Of a DNA stretch of 64,000 bases, positions 44,511-53,582 are shown piece by piece (position 1 is the first letter of the stretch; every line of letters starts with the position of its first letter). The position numbers and the translations under genes are program-made. The stretch lies in NCBI GenBank assembly GCA_963664235.1, contig OY760933.1:2395419-2459418 (forward strand), in the 5' to 3' direction. This stretch comes from Acidimicrobiales bacterium. GTDB taxonomy: Bacteria > Actinomycetota > Acidimicrobiia > Acidimicrobiales > CATQHL01. The notes under the pieces are model-generated. The model ran no database searches, was not told the origin of the DNA, and was given only the letters and a program-made list of their open reading frames with translations.

Positions 44511-45740
44511 TCAGGCGCCCGCGACGTCGAAGTGGAGCTTGGTCCGGGTGGTCGTCTCGGCGACGAGGCGGCCGCGGCGGATGACAAAGCGACGGTCGGC
44601 GTTCCGGCGGAAGGCCTCGTACGCGCTCGGTGCGGACAACACGTTGAGGTTCGCCGGGTTGCCCTCGGCGATCCCGTAGTCCCGCAGACCCAGGATGCGG
44701 GCCGGGTTGGCGGTACCCATGTCCATGACCGTCTCGGCGTCGCCCATGGTGTTGAACTCCCCGGCGTGGATGGCGAAGAGTCCCGCCTCGAGCATGTCCA
44801 TCCGCCCGTACGGCGAGAACATGTCGCCGTTGTTGTTGTGGGCGTAGGCGCAGTTGATCCCGGCGGCCACCAGCTGCTTGATCCGTGACGGGCCCATGCC
44901 GGAAATGATGAGCTCTTCCTTCGGGCACGCGCAGAAGTTGATCTCCGCCGCCTTCGCAAGTTCGATCACCCGGGCGGCTTCCACGTCGGGGTAGGCGGAC
45001 AGCGCCCCCCAGTGATTCAGGGTCACCCTGCCCTCGTAGCCCTCGGTGAGCGTCCTGGCGAGCACGACCTCGGCGGCCCGGGTGCCGGAGGCGGACTCGG
45101 TGTTCTGGTCGATGTGGAGGTCGATGTCGGTGTCGTAGTCCTTGGCGATGCCGAACACGAAGTCCACGTACCGCGCCACGTCGGCAGGCGAGTGCTCCAG
45201 ATGGGGCGAGCCGCCGATGGCGTCGGCGCCCAGGTCCATGCCCCGCCGCACCAGCGCCCGGAGTTCGTCGTTCAGCGGGTTCGCCGCGGGGAGGACCACG
45301 ATCTGGAGGTCCACGATGCCGCCGAACATCTGCTTCAGTTCCACCAGCCCCTCCACGCCGGTCGTTCCCCAGGCGTGGTCCACGTCGGAATGAACCCGGA
45401 TGGCGCCTGTGCCGTTGGCGATCGCCCACTCCAGCGCCTGGCGCCCCCGCGCCACCACGTCGGCCACGGAACTGGACTGCTTGGCCACGTACGAGCGCTC
45501 CAGGCTCTCGGTGATCGTTCCGGTGACCGCGGGCGGGCTCTGGTAGATCATCATCGACTTGTCCAGATGGGAGTGCGTGTCGACGAAGCTGCCGATCGCG
45601 AGCCCGCCGTCGCCGTCGATCTCTGCCTCTGCCGCCTCGGAGATGCGGGGCCCGATGCGCGTGATCTCCTCGCCGAGGATCCCGATGTTCTGGAGGTCGG
45701 CAACCCCGCGGAGCCGGACGTTGCGGATGACCAGGTCCAT
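44511..45740 (-). CDS. amidohydrolase, cytosine-deaminase-like
   Basis: ATG at 45740. MDLVIRNVRL..GSFVDTHSHLDK..IRVHSDVD..DLHIDQ..HNNNGD. Confidence 0.8.
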   Translation of the reverse strand: MDLVIRNVRLRGVADLQNIGILGEEITRIGPRISEAAEAEIDGDGGLAIGSFVDTHSHLDKSMMIYQSPPAVTGTITESLERSYVAKQSSSVADVVARGRQALEWAIANGTGAIRVHSDVDHAWGTTGVEGLVELKQMFGGIVDLQIVVLPAANPLNDELRALVRRGMDLGADAIGGSPHLEHSPADVARYVDFVFGIAKDYDTDIDLHIDQNTESASGTRAAEVVLARTLTEGYEGRVTLNHWGALSAYPDVEAARVIELAKAAEINFCACPKEELIISGMGPSRIKQLVAAGINCAYAHNNNGDMFSPYGRMDMLEAGLFAIHAGEFNTMGDAETVMDMGTANPARILGLRDYGIAEGNPANLNVLSAPSAYEAFRRNADRRFVIRRGRLVAETTTRTKLHFDVAGA

Positions 45741-45831
45741 CGTGCACCTCCGCACGTTTCTGCGGCGGACATTGTCGCGTACACCGGCCCCGTTCGACCG
45801 CGGCGCCCCGAAACCTGACACGCGAGGGGCG

Positions 45832-45889
45832 GTTAGACAGACTTCCATTTTTTGTGTACTGTCTAACGAAAGCGGTGTTGACTAACACC
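45832..45889. promoter_or_regulatory. two palindromes in the AT-richer divergent promoter region
   Basis: GTTAGACAG (45832-45840) and CTGTCTAAC (45859-45867) flank CCATTTTTTGTGTA. GGTGTTGACTAACACC (45874-45889) contains TTGACT. Confidence 0.4.
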
Positions 45890-45909
45890 TCGGGGGTAGG
45901 GGTTCACGA

Positions 45910-47322
45910 ATGCCGGATGAACGGGAGCGGGCTCGCCGCCATCTAGTACCGCACTTCACTCGTGGAGACGCCTGGAACGCCAGCGGTCTCGTGGTGATCG
46001 AGCGGGGTGAAGGTTGCTACGTCTGGGACACCGACGGCAACGAGTATCTCGACGCTCTCGCAGGCTTGTTCTGCACCAACCTCGGCCACGGCCGCAGCGA
46101 CCTTGCCGCGGCCGCGGCGAAGCAGATGGACAGGCTGGGCTTCCACCCCAACTGGGGGTTCGCCCACCCCTCGGCCATCGAGGCTGCGTCGATGATCGCG
46201 GCGGTGGCGCCGGGCGACCTCGACCGGGTGTTCTTCGTGAGTTCGGGGTCCGAGGCGGTGGAGTCGGCCCTCAAGTTCGCTCGCTGCCACCACCTCGCCA
46301 ACGGCGACGAGCAGCGCTACAAGGTGATCTCCCGGCGCTGGGCATACCACGGCACCACGCTCGGCGCCCTCACACTGACGGGCATTCCCAACCTGCGAGA
46401 CCCGTACCTGCCGATGCTCCCCGACTGCGTGCGGCACGTGTCCAACACCTTGGGTTGTCACCCCCAGCCCGGCCAGGCCGCCCGGGAGTTGCCCTGCGTG
46501 GCCGAGGTGGAGGAGGCGATCATCGCCGAGGGGCCCGAGACCGTGGCCATGGTGATCGCCGAGCCCGTCCAGAACGGCCGCGGCGCGCTCGTGCCGCCGG
46601 AGGGCTACTGGCAGGAGTTGCGCCGGATCTGCGACGACCACGGCGTGCTGCTCTGCGCGGACGAGGTGATCAACTCCTTCGGCCGCCTCGGCTACTGGTT
46701 CGGCAGTGAGCGATTCGGCGTCGTACCCGACATGATCACGTTTGCCAAGGGCGTCACCAGCGCCTACCAGCCCCTTGGCGGGTTGGTCGTGCGCGGCCCG
46801 CTGCTGGAGCGGGTCTGGGACTCGCCGGCGGGAATATTCCTGCACGGCTCCACCTTCGGCGGCCACCCGGTTGCAACGGCGGTTGCCGTCGCGAACATGA
46901 CGGCCATGCGCGAGGAGGGCGTGTTCGCCGGCGTGCTGGCCAACGAGGATCGTCTCGGCGACGGTCTGCGGGCGCTGATGGAGGCCCACGGCTGCGTGAA
47001 GGATGTGCGAGGCACCGGCTACTTCTACGCCGTCGAGCTGATGCGCGACCGCGCCTCGGGCGCCGAACTCAGCGAGGCCGAGACAGCGACGCTGCTGGCG
47101 GGAGGCGTGCTGGACCGGCTGGTGCGCGAGGCGCGCGTGCTGGTGCGCCCCGACGGCCGGGGTGCGGTGATGCTTTCGGTGGCGCCGCCGCTGGTGGCCG
47201 ACGCCGCCGTGATCGACGACCTGCTGGGCCGGGTCGACCAGCTGCTCAACCGCTTGGGCGGTTGGCTGCGGACCTCTCGGAGAGGTCCCGACAATTCCAC
47301 CAACAGGGAGGGAGATCAATGA
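45910..47322 (+). CDS. class-III aminotransferase (taurine:pyruvate aminotransferase candidate)
   Basis: GLFCTNLGHGR, SGSEAVE, DEVINSFGRLG and TFAKGVTSAYQPLGG. The stop overlaps the ATG of the binding-protein gene (ATGA). Confidence 0.85.
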   Translation: MPDERERARRHLVPHFTRGDAWNASGLVVIERGEGCYVWDTDGNEYLDALAGLFCTNLGHGRSDLAAAAAKQMDRLGFHPNWGFAHPSAIEAASMIAAVAPGDLDRVFFVSSGSEAVESALKFARCHHLANGDEQRYKVISRRWAYHGTTLGALTLTGIPNLRDPYLPMLPDCVRHVSNTLGCHPQPGQAARELPCVAEVEEAIIAEGPETVAMVIAEPVQNGRGALVPPEGYWQELRRICDDHGVLLCADEVINSFGRLGYWFGSERFGVVPDMITFAKGVTSAYQPLGGLVVRGPLLERVWDSPAGIFLHGSTFGGHPVATAVAVANMTAMREEGVFAGVLANEDRLGDGLRALMEAHGCVKDVRGTGYFYAVELMRDRASGAELSEAETATLLAGGVLDRLVREARVLVRPDGRGAVMLSVAPPLVADAAVIDDLLGRVDQLLNRLGGWLRTSRRGPDNSTNREGDQ

Positions 47323-49373
47323 AGCGATTGATTGCTGTACTGGCGCTGGTAGTGCTCGTCGCCGCGGCCTGCGGAGACGATGACGACTCGGCCGCCCCGG
47401 AACCGGTGGCGCCGCCACCGGCAGATACCCCGGCTGACGCCCCGCCGCCACCGGCGGACGAACCCGCTGCGGCGCCTGCCGCAGAGTCGATGCTCGATGA
47501 GTTGAATGTGGCGTATTTCTTGGAGTGGCCGACGGCGAATCAGGTGGCTCAGGCGGAGCAGACCTATGACGCTGAGTTGGGTTTGACGGTGAATTGGTTC
47601 CCGTTCGCCAGCGGCGGTGACATGGCTCAGGCGATGGAGTCCGGTGACATCGACATCTCCTATTCGCAGGGGTTGACGCCGTTCGCCAACTTCGTGACCG
47701 GCGGTTCGGACCTGTTGCTGGTGGGTGTGGCGGTGAGCTACGCGGACGCCGACAACTGTGTGGCGCATCCCGATTACGGGGTGACTGCGGAGAACGCGGC
47801 GGAGACTCTGGCGGGTCAGAGCGTTTACACGCCGTTGGGCAATGTGACGCACTTCAAGCTGTTGAAGATGCTGGAGCATCTGGGGGTGGACACGTCCACG
47901 GTGAATCTGATCCAGTCCGAGGGCGGTCCGGCGGCTGTGGCCGCGTTGGAATCCGGTGACGTGGCCCTGGCGTGCGCGTTCGGCGGGGCGGTGAACCAGA
48001 TGATCGCCAATGGCGGCAATCTGGTGATGACCGGGTCCGAGCAGGAGGCCATCGGCATCCGGGTGTTCGACATCATTTCCACCACCGGTGATTTCGCGGC
48101 GTCCCATCCCGACGTCCTGACGGGCTTCTTGCAGGTGACCGAGGACGCCAACCGGGCCTACAACGATGATCGGGGGCCGTTCATCGACACCATCGCCGGG
48201 GCTGCGGGCATGGACCGCGCTCCGACGATCGCGCTGTTGGACGCGTTCAGCTTCCCCGAGAAGGACACCCAGCTCTCCGAGGCGTGGCTCGGCGGCACCG
48301 TGCAGGCCGTGATGAAGGAGCAGATGGACTTCTTCGCCGCCCAGGGCGAGATCGAATCCGCGCTTCCCAGCTACGACGCCTTCGTCGACACCACCTTCCT
48401 CGAAGCCGTCACCGGCCGTCCCGCCGGCGAGGCTCCGGCTGAGTCGATGTTGGATGAGTTGAATGTGGCGTATTTCTTGGAGTGGCCGACGGCGAATCAG
48501 GTGGCTCAGGCGGAGCAGACTTATGACGCTGAGTTGGGTTTGACGGTGAATTGGTTCCCGTTCGCCAGCGGCGGTGACATGGCGCAGGCGATGGAGTCCG
48601 GTGACATCGACATCTCCTATTCGCAGGGGTTGACGCCGTTCGCCAACTTCGTGACCGGTGGGTCGGACCTGCTCTTGGTGGGTGTGGCGGTGACCTACGC
48701 GGACGCCGATAACTGTGTGGCGCATCCCGATTACGGGGTGACTGCGGAGAACGCGGCGGAGACTCTGGCGGGTCAGAGCGTTTACACGCCGTTGGGCAAC
48801 GTGACGCACTTCAAGCTGTTGAAGATGCTGGAGCATCTGGGGGTGGACACCGCGACGGTGAATCTGATCCAGTCCGAGGGTGGCCCGGCGGCTGTGGCCG
48901 CGTTGGATTCCGGTGACGTGGCTATGGCGTGCGCGTTCGGCGGGGCGGTGAACCAGATGATCGCCAATGGCGGCAATCTGGTGATGACCGGGTCCGAGCA
49001 GGAGGCCATTGGTATCCGGGTGTTCGACATCATCTCGACGACCGGCGACTTCGCGGCGGCGCATGGCGATGTTGTGACGGGCTTCCTGCAGGTCACCGAG
49101 GACGCCAATCGGGCTTACAACGATGATCGGGATCCGTTCATTGACACCATCGCTGAGGCTGCGGGCATGGACCGGCCCGCGACGATTGCGCTGCTTGATG
49201 CGTTCAACTTCCCCGAAAGTGACGTGCAGCTGTCCGATGCGTGGCTCGGTGGCACCGTGCAGGCCGTGATGAAGGAGCAGATGGACTTCTTCGCCGCCCA
49301 GGGCGAGATCGACTCCGCACTCAGAAGCTACGACGCCTTCGTCGACACCACCTTCCTCGAAGCCGTCAACTGA
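47319..49373 (+). CDS. lipoprotein: tandemly duplicated NMT1/TauA-like ABC substrate-binding protein
   Basis: MKRLIAVLALVVLVAAAC lipobox, followed by two near-identical modules of about 319 aa each, both beginning AESMLDELNVAYFLEWPTANQ. Confidence 0.85.
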   Translation: MKRLIAVLALVVLVAAACGDDDDSAAPEPVAPPPADTPADAPPPPADEPAAAPAAESMLDELNVAYFLEWPTANQVAQAEQTYDAELGLTVNWFPFASGGDMAQAMESGDIDISYSQGLTPFANFVTGGSDLLLVGVAVSYADADNCVAHPDYGVTAENAAETLAGQSVYTPLGNVTHFKLLKMLEHLGVDTSTVNLIQSEGGPAAVAALESGDVALACAFGGAVNQMIANGGNLVMTGSEQEAIGIRVFDIISTTGDFAASHPDVLTGFLQVTEDANRAYNDDRGPFIDTIAGAAGMDRAPTIALLDAFSFPEKDTQLSEAWLGGTVQAVMKEQMDFFAAQGEIESALPSYDAFVDTTFLEAVTGRPAGEAPAESMLDELNVAYFLEWPTANQVAQAEQTYDAELGLTVNWFPFASGGDMAQAMESGDIDISYSQGLTPFANFVTGGSDLLLVGVAVTYADADNCVAHPDYGVTAENAAETLAGQSVYTPLGNVTHFKLLKMLEHLGVDTATVNLIQSEGGPAAVAALDSGDVAMACAFGGAVNQMIANGGNLVMTGSEQEAIGIRVFDIISTTGDFAAAHGDVVTGFLQVTEDANRAYNDDRDPFIDTIAEAAGMDRPATIALLDAFNFPESDVQLSDAWLGGTVQAVMKEQMDFFAAQGEIDSALRSYDAFVDTTFLEAVN

Positions 49374-49514
49374 CGCCGGCTCGCAGGCGGATGGGCGCTG
49401 CTCCCCCGGCGCCCGTCCGCCCGCCCTGACCTCCGGAGGCGTCTACTGTCCGGCTCGTACCCGGTTCGGGTTGGCGACTGCGGCGGTTCCCCCGGAACCC
49501 AATAGGAGGTGACA

Positions 49515-50888
49515 ATGGAAACGTTCGTCCAGGGTCTGGCCGACGCGTGGGACGCGGTGACCTCCGGGGTCGTCACGGGTGCCATCTGGCTCAAGGTGAT
49601 CGCGCTCGCCGCGATGGCCTTGGGGGCGGTCCTCATGACCCTCGATCTGCTGATCACACCGACTCGCCGCTTCAAGACCGCCGACCGGGGGGCGCAACCC
49701 AGTGACGGCATCGTGCTGGTCGGCCAGCTGATCGCGGTTTCCGCACTGCTCGGCGGGGTGGTCCTGCTGTTCCGGGACACGGCGTCGCCCTGGCAGCCCG
49801 CCGTCTCGCTCGCCGGGGGAGCGGCCGTGCTGGCCCTCCTGGTGGTTTTCCGCCGGGCCGACGAGTCCCGCCGGGCCGCGCTGGCGCGCTACGTGTGGCT
49901 GGCCCTGGCGGCAAGCTCGCTGGTCGCCGTCTACCTGGCCTACCAGCAGCGCGGTGATTCCACTATCCCCTACGTGGCGCTGCTGGGGGCGGTGTTCATG
50001 GTGGCCCGGGCCTGGTTCGCGCTGGCCCGCCCCGAGGTGCACTTCGACAGCTCGAAGGTGGAGGTGGCGACCGAGTCGAGGACCGACAGCCCGCTGGTGG
50101 TGGAGAGCCTGGGCATGGTGTACGAGTTGCCCGACGGCGGCGAGGTCGAGGCGCTCGCCGACGTGTCGTTCACCTTGGAGCCGGGCCGGCTGCTCACCCT
50201 GCTCGGCCCGTCGGGATGCGGCAAGACCACATTGCTCAACATCCTCGCCGGATTCCTGGCACCCACGTCCGGCGAGGCGAAGCTGGGCAGCCGGCCGATC
50301 ACGGGACCCGGCCAGGACCGCGGCATGGTCTTCCAGCAAGGGGCGCTGTTCGAGTGGCTCAGCGTCAACGACAACGTCGGCTTCGGCGCCCGCATGAACG
50401 GCCGCTCGCGGCCCGCTTCCCGCGAGGCGGTGCAGGACTTGCTGCGCATCGTGGGACTCCAGGACTTCGGCGAGAAGGCCGTGTACGAGCTTTCGGGCGG
50501 GATGCAACAGCGCGTGGCCCTGGCCCGCTGTCTCGCCAACGACCCCAGCATCATCCTGATGGACGAGCCCCTAGGAGCCCTTGACGCGCTCACCCGCGAG
50601 AAGATGCAGAGCCTGGTGCTCAACTTGTGGAACGAGACAGGCAAGACCATCGTGCTCGTCACCCACAGTGTGGAGGAGGCGCTGTATCTGGGCGATCAGC
50701 TGTTCGTGATGGCACCCCGGCCCGGCCGCATCGAGCGGGTCTACAACCTGCCCTTCGCCCGCGAAGCGCTCACCGCCGACGCGCGCCGGTTGAAGACCTC
50801 AGCGGAGTTCATCCGTGTCCGGGAGGAGATCCTCTCGATGATCTGGGAGATGGAGGAACAGATCATGGGTGCGGGAGCAGGCGGCTGA
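49515..50888 (+). CDS. ABC transporter ATP-binding protein (TauB/SsuB-type) with an N-terminal multi-TM extension
   Basis: AGGAGG RBS, then ATG at 49515. About 190 aa with 4-5 hydrophobic helices, then GPSGCGKTT, LSGGMQQR and ILMDEP. Confidence 0.85.
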   Translation: METFVQGLADAWDAVTSGVVTGAIWLKVIALAAMALGAVLMTLDLLITPTRRFKTADRGAQPSDGIVLVGQLIAVSALLGGVVLLFRDTASPWQPAVSLAGGAAVLALLVVFRRADESRRAALARYVWLALAASSLVAVYLAYQQRGDSTIPYVALLGAVFMVARAWFALARPEVHFDSSKVEVATESRTDSPLVVESLGMVYELPDGGEVEALADVSFTLEPGRLLTLLGPSGCGKTTLLNILAGFLAPTSGEAKLGSRPITGPGQDRGMVFQQGALFEWLSVNDNVGFGARMNGRSRPASREAVQDLLRIVGLQDFGEKAVYELSGGMQQRVALARCLANDPSIILMDEPLGALDALTREKMQSLVLNLWNETGKTIVLVTHSVEEALYLGDQLFVMAPRPGRIERVYNLPFAREALTADARRLKTSAEFIRVREEILSMIWEMEEQIMGAGAGG

Positions 50889-51948
50889 TGGTGCAGGGAC
50901 CGGGCGGCCGCGCCCTTCGGAAAGCACCTGCCGGCAGGGCAGAATCGTGAACCTGCGCCCCAACCTGTTGCGTCGACAGCGGGACGGGAGCACCCGCAAG
51001 ACGGTCACCTTCGGCGACGCCACCGAGGTGAGCGGCGCTCTGCGCTGGAGCCTTATCAGCCTGCTCGTCATTCTGGTGGTCTGGTTCATTGCCACGACCG
51101 TGTGGGGGCTGCCTACGGAGTGGTACGACTACGGCGAGGAGGTTCGAGCCGGCCTGACCGAGGACGAGAGTTACCGCCAGCGCGACCTGCTGCGGGACTG
51201 CGAGCGAGCGGCCGAGGAACCTCAGGAGTTCCCGGGCCTGCCGAGTTGTTCGTACACGCAGTGGATCAACGAGCGGACGCTGCCAAGTCCCCAGCAGGTC
51301 TTCGAAGCCGGCTGGGACTTCGGCCGCAACGGCTACAGCGGCGTCACGCTCTGGGAGCACGTCTGGGACAGCTTCAGCCGCCTGGCCAAGGGGCTGTTCT
51401 GGGGAGTGATCGTCGGCGTGCCCATCGGCCTGGCCATGGGCCTCTCGAACCGCTGGCGGGGCACCTTCGACCCCATCGTGGAGCTGCTGCGGCCCATACC
51501 GCCGCTGGCGCTCATCCCCCTGTTCATCGTGTGGTTCGGCATCGGCGAGGAGAGCAAGGTCAACCTTCTGCTGTTCGCGACGATCTGGATCATGGTGATC
51601 GCGGCCCGCTCCGGGGTGCTGGCGGTGAACACCACCAAGGTCCACGCCGCCTACTCGCTGGGAGCATCGAAGGCCCAGGTGCTGCGCCACGTGATCCTGC
51701 CCAACGCCCTGCCCGAGATCTTCACCGGACTGCGCGTGGCGATCGGCGTGTGCTGGGGCACGCTGGTGGCCGCCGAATTGATCGGCTCGAGCTCCGGGCT
51801 CGGGTTCACGATCTTCAAGGCCCGCCAGTTCTTCCTGCTCGACACGATGCTGTCGGCGGTGATCCTCATCAGCATTCTCGGTGTGGCCATGGACGGGGCG
51901 ATGCGGGTGGGTGAGAAGCGGCTGATTCCCTGGCGGGGCAAGGGTTGA
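50869..51948 (+). CDS. ABC transporter permease (TauC/SsuC-type)
   Basis: LISLLVILVVWFIATT. A long loop follows TM1. AYSLGASKAQVLRHVILPNALPEIFTGLR is the EAA-type loop. An alternative start is the GTG at 50947. Confidence 0.8.
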   Translation: MREQAADGAGTGRPRPSESTCRQGRIVNLRPNLLRRQRDGSTRKTVTFGDATEVSGALRWSLISLLVILVVWFIATTVWGLPTEWYDYGEEVRAGLTEDESYRQRDLLRDCERAAEEPQEFPGLPSCSYTQWINERTLPSPQQVFEAGWDFGRNGYSGVTLWEHVWDSFSRLAKGLFWGVIVGVPIGLAMGLSNRWRGTFDPIVELLRPIPPLALIPLFIVWFGIGEESKVNLLLFATIWIMVIAARSGVLAVNTTKVHAAYSLGASKAQVLRHVILPNALPEIFTGLRVAIGVCWGTLVAAELIGSSSGLGFTIFKARQFFLLDTMLSAVILISILGVAMDGAMRVGEKRLIPWRGKG

Positions 51949-52952
51949 CCGGCACTCTGCCGACGGCTGTTCGCAGCCCGGTCGCCGAGTCGTGGCGGCG
52001 GCGGGCCCGCGCCTCGCGTATGCGGGTGGCGCTTGCCGACGGCGGCGACACGCGGGCCGCTGATGCCGCCCAACGCTTGGAGTCCGAAGGACTGGCGGCC
52101 CCGATCCTCCTCGGTGATCCGGCCGCCTTCTGCTCGCCGGCGGTGCAGGCGGAGGCCGGGGCCTCACCGTGGAGCGACCGCATCGACCTTGGTGACCCGC
52201 TTCACGTGGCCGCGCTCATGGTGGCGGCCGGCGAGGCCGACGCATGCGTGGGCGGGGCGACCCGGCCGACCGCCGATGTGGTGAGGGCCGCTCTGTTCTG
52301 CATCGGGCTGGCTCCCGGCGTCGAGACCATCAGCAGCTGTTTCCTGATGGAGTTGCCCGACGGGACGCCGATCACGTTCGGCGACTGCGGCGTGGTGCCC
52401 GAACCCGACGCCGGCCAGCTCGCCTCGATCGCAATTGCCAGCGCGGCCACCCATGAGTCGCTCGTCGGCGAGAAGCCCCGGGTGGCCATGCTGTCGTACT
52501 CCACCAGGGGGAGTGCCTCTGGCCCCCGAGTGGAGCGGGTCCGTTCCGCCACCGAGATTGTGCGGCGCCGGGCGCCGTCGCTGGCGATCGACGGAGAGTT
52601 GCAGTTCGACGCGGCCTGGGATCACGAGGTGGCACGATCGAAGGCCCCGGGTTCGGAGGCGGCGGGCCGGGCGAACGTGTTTGTCTTCCCGGACCTGGAT
52701 TCGGGCAATATCGCGTACAAGATCGCCGAGAGGCTGGGGGGCGCACGGGCGTACGGGCCATTGCTGCAGGGCACCGCACGCGTGATGCACGACCTCTCAC
52801 GGGGCTGCGGTGCGGATGACATCGTCGCCGTGTCGGCAGTCGCCGCCTGCCAGGCCGCGACCCTGATGTCAGCCAGGTCTAACCAACACGCTATAGGTGC
52901 TAGCGTTCACAGAACTTCATCCGCGGAGGATCGAAGCCGAGGTGAAGGGTGA
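51945..52952 (+). CDS. pta: phosphate acetyltransferase (PTA_PTB domain)
   Basis: GGATRPTADVVRAAL..PRVAMLSYSTRGS..IDGELQFDAA..VFVFPDLDSGNIAYK. An alternative start is the ATG at 52020. Confidence 0.8.
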   Translation: MTGTLPTAVRSPVAESWRRRARASRMRVALADGGDTRAADAAQRLESEGLAAPILLGDPAAFCSPAVQAEAGASPWSDRIDLGDPLHVAALMVAAGEADACVGGATRPTADVVRAALFCIGLAPGVETISSCFLMELPDGTPITFGDCGVVPEPDAGQLASIAIASAATHESLVGEKPRVAMLSYSTRGSASGPRVERVRSATEIVRRRAPSLAIDGELQFDAAWDHEVARSKAPGSEAAGRANVFVFPDLDSGNIAYKIAERLGGARAYGPLLQGTARVMHDLSRGCGADDIVAVSAVAACQAATLMSARSNQHAIGASVHRTSSAEDRSRGEG

Positions 52953-52958
52953 ACAGCT

Positions 52959-53582
52959 GTGACGGAAAGCCAGGACACGGTGCCGTCGGCGCGGCGCCCC
53001 CTCGACCGCGAGAGGGTGATTTCGGTTGCGGCCCAGGTCTCCGACTCCGAGGGTCTCCACAAGCTCACTCTCACCCGGGTCGCCAAAATGCTCGGGGTTC
53101 GCCAGCCGGCTCTGTATCGCCACGTCCGCGGCTATGACGATCTCCTGCGCAGCCTCAGCCTCCTCGGTCGGGAGATCCTTGCGCAACGGCTCGCCGACGC
53201 CGCCATCGGGCTGTCCGGCGACGACGCCGTGGCCGCGGTCGGTCATTCCTGGCGCAAGATGGTTCGGGACCATCCCGGCATCTATGCCGCCACCGATCGC
53301 TACCCCTGCGCCGGGGACCCCGAACTCGAAGCCGCTGTGGAGAGGGTGCTCGCCGTTCTGGGCCAGGCCCTGCGGGGCTACGACCTCAGCGACGTGCACC
53401 GCGTCCACGTGGCGCGCACGCTGCGCAGCGCATTCCATGGCTTCAGCCACCTCGAGTCAGGAGACGGCCATCCGCTGCCCCATGACCCCGAGGACACCTT
53501 CGGGCATCTCGTGGAACTGCTGTGCGCGGGGATTCACCGGCTCTCCCGCACGCCGGCTGTGAGCACGAGAGCTTCCCCGTGA
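52959..53582 (+). CDS. TetR/AcrR-family transcriptional regulator
   Basis: LTLTRVAKMLGVRQPALYRHVRGYDDLL is the HTH. The stop overlaps the next GTG (GTGA). Confidence 0.85.
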   Translation: MTESQDTVPSARRPLDRERVISVAAQVSDSEGLHKLTLTRVAKMLGVRQPALYRHVRGYDDLLRSLSLLGREILAQRLADAAIGLSGDDAVAAVGHSWRKMVRDHPGIYAATDRYPCAGDPELEAAVERVLAVLGQALRGYDLSDVHRVHVARTLRSAFHGFSHLESGDGHPLPHDPEDTFGHLVELLCAGIHRLSRTPAVSTRASP

